A stretch of 62,354 bases of DNA, the filler included, from Deltaproteobacteria bacterium (GTDB lineage Bacteria; JAEEML01): NCBI GenBank assembly GCA_016283195.1. It is 5 parts of 5 records of this genome, joined end to end, with 100 filler letters (N's around TTAATTAATTAA, not from the genome) between each part and the next. Parts side by side here need not be neighbours in the genome. Positions count along the whole stretch, not along the records: positions 8,750 to 23,694 come from JAEEML010000165.1; positions 23,795 to 41,366 come from JAEEML010000026.1; 3 more parts are not named here. One strand, given 5' to 3'. The position numbers were made by a program, and so were the translations under genes. The notes below the pieces were generated by a model. The model was not told the origin of the DNA. It did not search any database and saw only the letters and a list, made by a program, of their open reading frames with translations. Each line of letters opens with the position of its first letter. The stretch's first letter is position 1. Shown here one piece after another: positions 18,384-27,222 of this stretch.

Positions 18384-21300
18384 ATGAAAAAAACGCAACT
18401 GGCTTTCACGTTTTTAATGGCCACAATTACTCTCTTCTACGCTGCCTGTGCCGGAAACGGCACTTTAGAGCCCGGTACCGCCATCTGCCCGGCCGGTACC
18501 ACCGCTCTGGAAAACGGTAAGTGCCAAATCAATGATTTTATCTGCCCGGCCGGCGCTGAGCTCAATTCAAGCGGCAAATGCGTGGTAAGCAAAGCTGCTT
18601 GCCCCGCTGGCACCAAAGAGGACGGCTCAGGTAATTGCCTGGCGCCCAAAATCTGCCCGCCCGGCACCGTGGAAAGCTATGTTATGGACGGCGCATCGGA
18701 AATTTTGAGCCACTGCGTCATCTTAGCTCGGGATTGCCCGCCAGGTAGCAAGCTCAACGATAACGGGCAGTGCATTATCAGCGAGAAACTGTGCCCGGCC
18801 GGCAGCAATTTTGATGGCACCTCTGGGTGTGTCATCGCTGAAACTTCCTGCCCCACTGGCTCTTTGGCTAATGAGGATGACGAGTGTATTGTTACCAGCC
18901 GTATTTGCTATGACGGCTCATCTTTAAATGCCCTGGGCCAATGTGTGATTAATACCAGTGAATGTAGCGAAGGCGTAAAAAACGGTGAAGGGAAATGCAT
19001 CATTACCAATGTTTCTTGCCCTGATGGCTCAGTTTCCGATGGCAACGGCTATTGTATAATTAGCGCTACAGAATGCCCCGAAGCCTCAGTAAAAGATGGC
19101 TCCAGCGAAGGCCGCTGCATTATCAGCCAGGCTGTCTGCCCGCCAGGCACCAATATTGACAGCAACTCCGATTGTGTCATCGCTGAAACTTCCTGCCCCG
19201 ATGGTTCAAGCGAAAATGAGCTCGGTGAATGTCTTATTTTGAGCCGCGTTTGCTCTGATGGCTCATCTTTAAATAGCCAAGGCCAGTGCATTATTAATGA
19301 ACGCCTTTGCCCGGAAGGCTCCAGCAAAAATGAGAACGGAGAGTGTGTTATCGCCGCTACTATCTGCCCGGAAGGCTCCAGTAAAAACAATAGCGGCGAG
19401 TGTGTTATCGCCGCCACTATCTGTCCAGAAGGCTCCAGCAAAAACAATAGCGGCGAGTGTGTTATTGCCGCCACTATCTGTCCAGAAGGCTCCAGCAAAA
19501 ACAATAACGGCGAGTGTGTTATTGCCGCCACTATCTGCCCGGAAGGCAGCACATTTATCGGCTCGGATTGTGTTGTTAATAGTACCTCGTGCCCGAGTGG
19601 CTCCACATTCAACAACCTGGGTCAATGTATCATCAACGAAACAGATTGCCCGGAAGGTTCTCTTAAAACAGCCGATAACAAGTGTTTAATCACGACCAAA
19701 ATTTGCCCGGAACACAGCACAATGAGCGCAGATGGCCTCTGCGTAATCAAAGCCACCATTTGCCCCACTGGCTCCGAAAAGAATGGCAACGGCGAATGTG
19801 TTATCAATTCAACAATTTGCCCGGAAGGCAGCGCTAAAGACGCTTCTGGCGTCTGTGTCATCTCGGCCTCAGAGTGTCCAGTCGGCACCAGCAAAAATGG
19901 CGAAGGTCGCTGCGTTATCTTAGCCACCATTTGCCCCAGCGGCTCAACAGGCAATAGCTCCGGCCAATGTATCATTGATGCCACCATCTGTCCGGAAGGC
20001 ACCAGCAAAAACGAGGCCGGGAAATGCGTCATCGCTGCCACCGAGTGCCCCAGCGGCACCAGCATGATTGGCCAGAATTGTGTGGTAACTAGCACGATTT
20101 GCCCGGTAAATTCCGACAAAAACGAGCTCGGCCAATGTGTGGTTGATCGCACTGTTTGCCCCGCCGGTTCCAGCGAAATAAATGGCCAGTGTGTAATAAA
20201 TGCCACTGTTTGTCCCGCTGGCAGCACTTTGATAGCCGGAGACTGTGTGCTGGATGATGTAGTGTGCCCACAGGGCAAAGTGCTGAAATATGGCGTTTGT
20301 GTGGAAGAAAAACTAGCTAACGGCACGCAGTGCAATTCAGCCAGTGAGTGCGAAAGCGGCTACTGTGTGGATGGCGTCTGCTGCAACAACAGCTGCCCCA
20401 CGCCGGATAGCTGCGTAAACGGCACACACATCAGCTACAGCTGCGCCACCAATCCAGGTGTGTGCGAGATGAGCGCCATCAGCTGCGGCAATTATATTTG
20501 CGAGCCAGGTGCAAATACTTGCAAAGATGTTTGTGCCGATGATCTTAATTGCCAAAATGGCGCTTTTTGCATCAGCGGCGAATGTGTTAACACCTGCCTA
20601 AAAGGCTCTGGTTTTTATGGTCGCGATTGCCATGCCTGCCCAGACTGCGGCCATGGCACTTGTGACGATGGGCGCAGTGGCAGCGGCAAGTGTATCTGCG
20701 AAGAAGGCTTTAGCGGCCAAAATTGTAATAACCAATTTCCAATGTGCACAAAAAAATACAATGTTTACGACCAGGTAAGTGCCAGCGATTGTTATTTTGT
20801 TGATACCCGCGCCACGCCAAGAAGCTACCCGGTAGTAGCCATAGGTAATCAAATCTGGCTAGCCGAAAATATGCGCTATGATGGTGTTGATTATCATCCT
20901 GCACCTTATGGTGGTGATTCTGGGTTCGCTAGCTATCTTTATAGTTGGGCTGATGCACAAAATGTTTGCCCAGATGGTTGGCATATGCCGTCAAGGCAAG
21001 AATATGGTATTCTCATAAGTTACGTAAAATCTAATAGTAATGATGGAAACACTGCCTTTTATTTAACTGCCCAATGTTCCGATTGGGATTATTGGTATGA
21101 TACATACCCATATTATACTAATTATTTTGGCTTTTCAGCTTATCCGACTGGTGGAGGATTACCCGCTCAAAATTGCCTTGATAACAACCATTATGACTAC
21201 AGTCAATGTTGGCGTAAAGATGATGGCAGTGTAATATGGAGTTCTACTAATGCTGGTGAGGATTCTTATGGAAAGTATGCTTATACACTGTCTATATACC

Positions 21301-22685
21301 GACCTGACGATACTCCGAATACTTGGGCCTCATATGTATTAGATAAATATGATGAATATGCTGTGTTTTATTGGCCAGTTCGCTGTCTTATGGATTATAG
21401 TTGCGGTGACCATGGCGAGTTTGATAACCAGCGTGGCTGCGTTTGCGCAACTGGCTGGAGTGGTGAAAGATGTGAAAAATGTGCCAGCGGCTTTAGTGGA
21501 CCAAATTGTGAATGGCAACATGGTTATGTACAAGATGAACGCGACGGTAATAAATATCGGACTGTTATGATTGGTGAACAAAAATGGTTAGCCGAAAATA
21601 TGCGTTACGCCGAAGTTACTCATTATTCAGTTGGTGGCGATAGTGCTAATGATGCGACATATGGCTATCTTTATACGGCACTCAATGCCCAAAATGTTTG
21701 CCCAGTCGGTTGGCATTTACCAACAAAAAGCGAATTTAATACATTAAATACCTATGTAACTGCTCATAAAACAAGTTCATCAAACTTTTTAGCTCTTATT
21801 GCCAACAGTGCTGATTGGTCTGCATATGCCTTACAGGGTGGGGATGATTTTGCTTTTGGAGCTCTTCCTAGTAGCAATAATAGCCAAGATTTTGGTACCA
21901 ATGCATATTTTTGGAGTAATACACCCAGAAGTGAAGCCAATCAATCATATCAATATTACTTCTATTTAAGTAATGGTAGTAGTACAAGTTATACCTCAGC
22001 AAATGGAAATTTTGCTGTACGTTGTGTTGAAAACTATAGCTGCCCAACTCATGCCAGATGGGATAATCGATTCGGTTGTATTTGCACAACAGGCTGGACT
22101 GGTGAAAGATGTGAGACTTGTGCTGTTGGTTATAGCGGAGAGGACTGTACTTGGTCTGGGGGTTATGTAGAAGATAGTCGAGATGGTGAAAGTTATAGAA
22201 CCATTACTATTGGTACTCAAACCTGGCTGGCTGAAAATATGCGTTATACAGGTGTTACTCATTATTCAGCTGGTGGGGAAAGTTCTAATGATGCTATTTA
22301 CGGTTATCTATATTCTTGGGATGATGCCCAAAATGTTTGCCCATCAGGTTGGCATTTACCCACACAAAATGAGTTTAATACACTATATACATATGCAAAT
22401 ACCCATAAAAGCAGCTCTTCTACATTTTTAGCTCTCATTGCCAAAAATGGTGACTGGTTGGAATATATGTATGAAGGTGGGGATGATTTTGGCTTTTCTG
22501 CGCTTCCAGCCGGCAATTACTACTCAGACAACTACAACTATTTAGGTATAAGCACCTTCTTCTGGTCTAGTACAGAGTACGATAGTTCCAACGCATACTA
22601 TTTGTACTACGTTGCTAATAACAATGCCAATGTGTCAAATACCAATAAGACACGCGGCTACTCCGTCCGCTGCGTAAAGAATTAA
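18384..22685 (+). CDS. Giant Cys-rich lipoprotein: ~32 CPxG-x8-C repeats, EGF-like modules and three FISUMP (Fib_succ_major) domains
   Basis: RBS AAGGAG. Lipobox YAAC. Three IGxQxWLAENMRY...CPxGWHxP...VRC domains. Confidence 0.9.
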   Translation: MKKTQLAFTFLMATITLFYAACAGNGTLEPGTAICPAGTTALENGKCQINDFICPAGAELNSSGKCVVSKAACPAGTKEDGSGNCLAPKICPPGTVESYVMDGASEILSHCVILARDCPPGSKLNDNGQCIISEKLCPAGSNFDGTSGCVIAETSCPTGSLANEDDECIVTSRICYDGSSLNALGQCVINTSECSEGVKNGEGKCIITNVSCPDGSVSDGNGYCIISATECPEASVKDGSSEGRCIISQAVCPPGTNIDSNSDCVIAETSCPDGSSENELGECLILSRVCSDGSSLNSQGQCIINERLCPEGSSKNENGECVIAATICPEGSSKNNSGECVIAATICPEGSSKNNSGECVIAATICPEGSSKNNNGECVIAATICPEGSTFIGSDCVVNSTSCPSGSTFNNLGQCIINETDCPEGSLKTADNKCLITTKICPEHSTMSADGLCVIKATICPTGSEKNGNGECVINSTICPEGSAKDASGVCVISASECPVGTSKNGEGRCVILATICPSGSTGNSSGQCIIDATICPEGTSKNEAGKCVIAATECPSGTSMIGQNCVVTSTICPVNSDKNELGQCVVDRTVCPAGSSEINGQCVINATVCPAGSTLIAGDCVLDDVVCPQGKVLKYGVCVEEKLANGTQCNSASECESGYCVDGVCCNNSCPTPDSCVNGTHISYSCATNPGVCEMSAISCGNYICEPGANTCKDVCADDLNCQNGAFCISGECVNTCLKGSGFYGRDCHACPDCGHGTCDDGRSGSGKCICEEGFSGQNCNNQFPMCTKKYNVYDQVSASDCYFVDTRATPRSYPVVAIGNQIWLAENMRYDGVDYHPAPYGGDSGFASYLYSWADAQNVCPDGWHMPSRQEYGILISYVKSNSNDGNTAFYLTAQCSDWDYWYDTYPYYTNYFGFSAYPTGGGLPAQNCLDNNHYDYSQCWRKDDGSVIWSSTNAGEDSYGKYAYTLSIYRPDDTPNTWASYVLDKYDEYAVFYWPVRCLMDYSCGDHGEFDNQRGCVCATGWSGERCEKCASGFSGPNCEWQHGYVQDERDGNKYRTVMIGEQKWLAENMRYAEVTHYSVGGDSANDATYGYLYTALNAQNVCPVGWHLPTKSEFNTLNTYVTAHKTSSSNFLALIANSADWSAYALQGGDDFAFGALPSSNNSQDFGTNAYFWSNTPRSEANQSYQYYFYLSNGSSTSYTSANGNFAVRCVENYSCPTHARWDNRFGCICTTGWTGERCETCAVGYSGEDCTWSGGYVEDSRDGESYRTITIGTQTWLAENMRYTGVTHYSAGGESSNDAIYGYLYSWDDAQNVCPSGWHLPTQNEFNTLYTYANTHKSSSSTFLALIAKNGDWLEYMYEGGDDFGFSALPAGNYYSDNYNYLGISTFFWSSTEYDSSNAYYLYYVANNNANVSNTNKTRGYSVRCVKN
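19308..19535 (+). repeat. Four near-identical 57-bp coding repeats (CPEGSSKNxxGECVIAATI)
   Basis: Directly visible. This is the youngest part of the degenerate array spanning about 18486-20300. Confidence 0.95.
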
Positions 22686-22694
22686 AGCTGAGCA

Positions 22695-22711
22695 GCCCGT
22701 CGCAGGCGGGT
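22695..22711 (+). other. GC-rich hairpin with GCA triloop just after the FISUMP gene stop
   Basis: GCCCGTC-GCA-GGCGGGT, with two G-T pairs. It has no U-tract, so it is not a typical terminator. Confidence 0.55.
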
Positions 22712-22801
22712 AGCCAGTCCTGCCCCACTTTCTTCTTGCCCCCATTCGCTAAGTCTGCTAAAAGCCATCCCACAACTTAAAAAAGCCACTAGGAGATTAT
22801 C

Positions 22802-23694
22802 ATGGCTAATGAAGTACCGTATTCCGTAGAAGAAGAAATAATCCACTTAACCCCGGAACAGCGCGCCACCATCACCGTCACCAATGACTATGTCTTTCGC
22901 TGCCTCTTCGGCGACACCAAAAATGAAAAGCTTTTACTCTCGCTAATAAACGCTGTCCTACGCGACAGCAAGCAGGAAGAAGTTAGCTCGGTAACCATCA
23001 CAAGCCCTTTTAATTATAAACAAACTTTTAATGATAAAGAATCCATAACCGATGTAAAAGCGGTGGCCAAAAGCGGCGAAATTTTTGATATTGAGATGCA
23101 GGTTTTAAAAGAGAGCGATTATATGAAGCGCATTCTTTACTACGCTGCCCACAATATCAGCTCGCAGCTGCCGAAGGGAGAACACTATTCCGCCATTCAT
23201 CCGGTTATTTGCATAAATGTGCTGGCTTTTGAGCTTTTTAAAGAGGACCGGCGGCCCCACCACTTTGCCGAGATTATGGAGGTGGAGAGCCAAAAAGTTT
23301 TAACCGATGATCTGGGTTTTCATTTTCTGGAGCTCACAAAGCTTAAAGATTGTGCTAATATTGACGGTGAGCTAAGTGAGTGGCTCAATTTCTTCCGGCA
23401 TGGGCACGAGGAGTATTATATGGTTAGCGGAGCTTATCAAGCCGTTGTTGATGCCAATAGCTGGTTTGAGAATTTCAAAGCCAATGACTATATGAGCAGC
23501 AAAGCCTTTCAAAGAGCCAAACACCTGCGCGATGAGGAAGCTATTCGCAAAGCCGGCTGGGAAGATGGTAGAGAAGAAGGGCTGATAGCGGGCAGGGAAG
23601 AAGGCAAGACTGAAGGCAAGCGCGAAGATGCCAGAAAAATGCTTGATTTTAACATGGAGATTGCCACTATTTCTGCCGTCACCGGTCTTTCAGC
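22802..23694 (+). CDS. Rpn family recombination-promoting nuclease / PD-(D/E)XK protein (3' end in gap)
   Basis: NDYVFRCLFG, KESITDVKA...DIEMQ, RILYY, HFLEL and C-terminal GREEG repeats. RBS AGGAG. Confidence 0.92.
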
Positions 23695-23794
23695 NNNNNN
23701 NNNNNNNNNNNNNNNNNNNNNNNNNNNNNNNNNNNNNNTTAATTAATTAANNNNNNNNNNNNNNNNNNNNNNNNNNNNNNNNNNNNNNNNNNNN
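23695..23794. other. Artificial contig spacer
   Basis: N-run, TTAATTAATTAA, N-run. Confidence 0.99.
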
Positions 23795-23796
23795 AA

Positions 23797-25227
23797 GACG
23801 AAGAACTGGTATTAGGCCATGAAACCACCCTGCCGCCGGAATCGGTGGAAAAAGACACGGTTGAGCGCCTGCACTCCAACTGGGAAATGCGCGAAACACT
23901 GGCCGACGGCCGCCGCGTGGCCTGGGTGCCCGGCGTGGATGATATTGATGTTATCTTAGGCGGCCACCTGCACATAGTTTTGAATCCTTCCAAGGTTTTG
24001 ACCGCCCCCAACGGGCGCACCACCATCGTCTGCCACTCCGGCGCTTTTGCCAAATATGTCGGCCGCCTCGATGTGATGCTACGCGATGATATAGTGGGCG
24101 ATGACGGCCGCGATTTGACGGAAGCGGAAATGGGCGACCCGGATGTCACCAAGATAAAACGCCCCGGCAAGCGCATCGTCTCGCACAAATATCAAATCTT
24201 CCCCATTGATAATCGCCTGAAAAATCAAGAAGATCGGGCTGTTGCCAAAGTTATGGAGCCCTTCCTCTTCAGCATGAACCAGGATCTTGACCTGGCCCGG
24301 GTATTTGCTTACGCGCCGCACAACATTCACCGCACCTCAAAGCATGGCAACGGTGATTCGGCCCTCGGCAACCTCATCACCGAATCGATGCGCCAGCGCC
24401 GCCGCGTGGAGGCCGAGTTTGCCGTCACCAATACTCTGGGTATGCGCGATTCCATCTACGCCGGCCCCGTCTCTTTGGAAGACCTTTTCAACATTTTCCC
24501 CTTTGAAAACACCGTCACCGTTATGTATGTCAACGGCCGCGAAGTGCAGGACCTCTTTAATTACATGACCGAGCGCTCGGCGAGCCGCGGTTGCCAAAGC
24601 CAGGCCATGTGTTCCGGCGCGAGCTATGTGCAAAACTGCGCCCAGGTAAAACTCAATCAGCATCTCTATGCCTGTAACGCGCCCACCGATTGCTGCCAAT
24701 ATCGCGATAACGGCTGCACCTGCGCCCCCGGCAAAGAAGAAGAGTGCAAAAACGCGCCCAACACTCCGGGCATCTGGAGCGATGCCGGCAAGTGGGAATG
24801 CAATCTGCACGCCTGCTACATGGACCCGGCCGAAGATATCATGATCAACGGCGTGCCGCTCATCAAAGATTCCACTTACAAACTGGCCACCAATGACTAT
24901 CTGGCCGCCGGCGGCAGTGGTTTCAAAGTCTTAAAGCGCAACACCACTAAATTCGACACCGGTGTCTCTCTGCGCGACAACTTAATTGAATTTTTGGGCA
25001 CTTTCCCCACTTGCAAACAGTGGGCGGAAGCGCATGGCACCTGCTCGCACAGCGACTCGGTGAGCCAGGCTCTTTGCGAGGATTTAACGGTTAAATACCC
25101 CAACGTCTCCTGCGTCGATACCGAAGAAGACGGGCGCATCAAAATCAGAGTCAGCCAGGAATCCATGTCCGGCGGCATCCACAGCGGCTGCACCGGCCCC
25201 GGCTGTGACGAAGAGGGAGGCACCTGA
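23797..25227 (+). CDS. Bifunctional metallophosphatase/5'-nucleotidase (5' truncated) with Cys-rich insertion
   Basis: IDVILGGHLH, DSALGNLITESM, IFPFENT, YKLATNDYLAAGGSGF. Frame is open from the contig edge. Confidence 0.9.
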   Translation, partial: DEELVLGHETTLPPESVEKDTVERLHSNWEMRETLADGRRVAWVPGVDDIDVILGGHLHIVLNPSKVLTAPNGRTTIVCHSGAFAKYVGRLDVMLRDDIVGDDGRDLTEAEMGDPDVTKIKRPGKRIVSHKYQIFPIDNRLKNQEDRAVAKVMEPFLFSMNQDLDLARVFAYAPHNIHRTSKHGNGDSALGNLITESMRQRRRVEAEFAVTNTLGMRDSIYAGPVSLEDLFNIFPFENTVTVMYVNGREVQDLFNYMTERSASRGCQSQAMCSGASYVQNCAQVKLNQHLYACNAPTDCCQYRDNGCTCAPGKEEECKNAPNTPGIWSDAGKWECNLHACYMDPAEDIMINGVPLIKDSTYKLATNDYLAAGGSGFKVLKRNTTKFDTGVSLRDNLIEFLGTFPTCKQWAEAHGTCSHSDSVSQALCEDLTVKYPNVSCVDTEEDGRIKIRVSQESMSGGIHSGCTGPGCDEEGGT

Positions 25228-27176
25228 TGAAACACACCTCTTGGTTAATAATAGCCCTTTTACCTCTCCTCCTGGCTGCTTGCGAAGTAAAAAAGCCTGG
25301 GGCTCCTGAAGGCTTTGGCGGGCCCGACACATACACTGCTTTTAGGACTTTTCGGCCTAGCAGTTTGCCGGCTGCTACGGAAGTTGGCAGCTTTGCTGTG
25401 CATATTAACGGTGTAAACGAAGGTTTGGTGCCGGCCGAGTGCAACGGTAGCTCCGTTGACAGAGCCAATATTTGTAATTGCGACCCTTCCCAGCGCGGTA
25501 AAAGCCCCAGATGCCCTTATGAATTTCCAACAGCGGACACTCCGGTTACCGTTACTATCACGGCTGAAGCTTTAGACCATAACGGCAACTTTTTACCGAC
25601 TTATACCGGCTACGCCATGATAACTCCCCGTTCGGGCAAAATAGCTAGCAAATGCGACCCGTTGGGACCAAACGACCCTATTTGGTGTAACAAGAAGGCA
25701 AACACCGATCCTACAGCTTATTCACCGAGCCCCGAAGGCGAGATGCTTTATTTTGAAAACGGCCTTTCCGAGGCCAAAACTTTCCAAATAATACATGCTT
25801 ACGGCCCCATGCGCATTTGGGTAGAAGATTGCGGTTCTTGGTGGAATGTCGCTGGAGGCACCAGCGTCAATACCGTCTTTGGCACCTTTGCCAGCGGTAT
25901 TTCCGATGCTGTCTATTTTGCCGGCCCCACTATTAAGCAAATGCAAATGACCGATGACAATACCACCAGCCCCTTGGTGCCTCACAGCGCCGATATTTGC
26001 GCTATTTTGTCCGACCCGCGCTATGCTTACGGCGAGGATGTCTCCCAGCAAGGTTATTCGAGTGAGCCCGTTTTGGGTATTGTGGGCACTTTTGTTGATG
26101 ATAACGGCGAGTTACAAAATTCCGGCCCGCCGAACATGGGCGAATTTTTTACTATAAACCGCGGACGCATGGTGGTAACCGCTCTCGATAACGCCGGCTT
26201 CTTTGTTACCGATATTTCACCGGATTTTTCCACCGAAGGCTTTAACCACCTTTATATCTTTAATTTCAATTATCCCGAAGGGCTGGAAGTGGGCACGGAA
26301 CTTGCCTCTTTGCAAGGAGCGCCGATTGAATTTACCGGCACCACCCAGTTGCAACAGCCTTCCTGGACTGTAGCCAAAGTGGAACCCAGCGAAGCCGCAC
26401 CGTTGCCTGCGCCCATCAATATAAGCGCCAGTATGTATGCCAGCAGCTTAAATACTTATGGGCGCAATCTTTCCGACAAAATGAATTTGGAAAAACTTGA
26501 AGGGGCACTGGTTACTATGGATAATCTGGCTCCGGCCACTGATTTTGCCATCCATTTTGCCGACGGCTCCTCACTTTCCGCCAATTGCGATTCGAACAAT
26601 TCCGGCAGTATCGAGCGCGCCAACAGCCAAGTCGAAGGTGAACTCAGCCCAACTATCGAGGAGCTTAATGTAAATTATCCAAGCCTGGCTAAAGCTTGCG
26701 GTATTTCTGCTTATAACGGCAAAATCACCAACCCGCAAAACGCTTTTGAATATTGTTGCGAGCGCGTTTGCTACGAAGATATCAATTGCACCGAAGAGAG
26801 CTCTTTCATCTCCTATTATCAATGGGCCGCCGGCGTCACCGGTAAATACGAGGATGACGGCACTTGCAAAACCACCAACAAGGACGGCTCCCCCGGCCCC
26901 CAATGCCCGGTTATGCCCAAAGCCGGCAAGGAATATACCTCTTGTCCTAAAAATGACGGCGGCGAGGCCTGCTTTGCCAAAATTGCCATCATCAGCACCT
27001 ATGCCAAACCGGAATTTGACCCGCTGGCCTTTGCCCGCGAGCAAATCAAAAAGCCCTTAAATGAGCGCAAATGTCTAAAAGTTACCGGTAATTTGCGGCA
27101 GGTACTGGCTGCCAGGCCGGTGTGGGTAATAGTTTTAAGAGGCCCGGATGATTTAGTGGAACACGATTGTTACTGA
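25227..27176 (+). CDS. Hypothetical lipoprotein, possibly with an OB-fold nucleic-acid-binding region
   Basis: Lipobox LLAAC. GFFVTD...G...EFTGTTQL...LEKLEGALVT resembles OB-fold modules of extracellular nucleases (weak). TGATG overlap with the nucleotidase. Confidence 0.75.
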   Translation: MKHTSWLIIALLPLLLAACEVKKPGAPEGFGGPDTYTAFRTFRPSSLPAATEVGSFAVHINGVNEGLVPAECNGSSVDRANICNCDPSQRGKSPRCPYEFPTADTPVTVTITAEALDHNGNFLPTYTGYAMITPRSGKIASKCDPLGPNDPIWCNKKANTDPTAYSPSPEGEMLYFENGLSEAKTFQIIHAYGPMRIWVEDCGSWWNVAGGTSVNTVFGTFASGISDAVYFAGPTIKQMQMTDDNTTSPLVPHSADICAILSDPRYAYGEDVSQQGYSSEPVLGIVGTFVDDNGELQNSGPPNMGEFFTINRGRMVVTALDNAGFFVTDISPDFSTEGFNHLYIFNFNYPEGLEVGTELASLQGAPIEFTGTTQLQQPSWTVAKVEPSEAAPLPAPINISASMYASSLNTYGRNLSDKMNLEKLEGALVTMDNLAPATDFAIHFADGSSLSANCDSNNSGSIERANSQVEGELSPTIEELNVNYPSLAKACGISAYNGKITNPQNAFEYCCERVCYEDINCTEESSFISYYQWAAGVTGKYEDDGTCKTTNKDGSPGPQCPVMPKAGKEYTSCPKNDGGEACFAKIAIISTYAKPEFDPLAFAREQIKKPLNERKCLKVTGNLRQVLAARPVWVIVLRGPDDLVEHDCY

Positions 27177-27222
27177 GTTTTAAACGTTTATTAGCCCGCA
27201 AAGGGTTTTAAGGGAGTAGCCA

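Noticed and set aside
19308-19535. 57-bp repeats as a possible CRISPR array
   Set aside because: In-frame coding repeats without unique spacers. No CRISPR array or cas gene was seen in the window.
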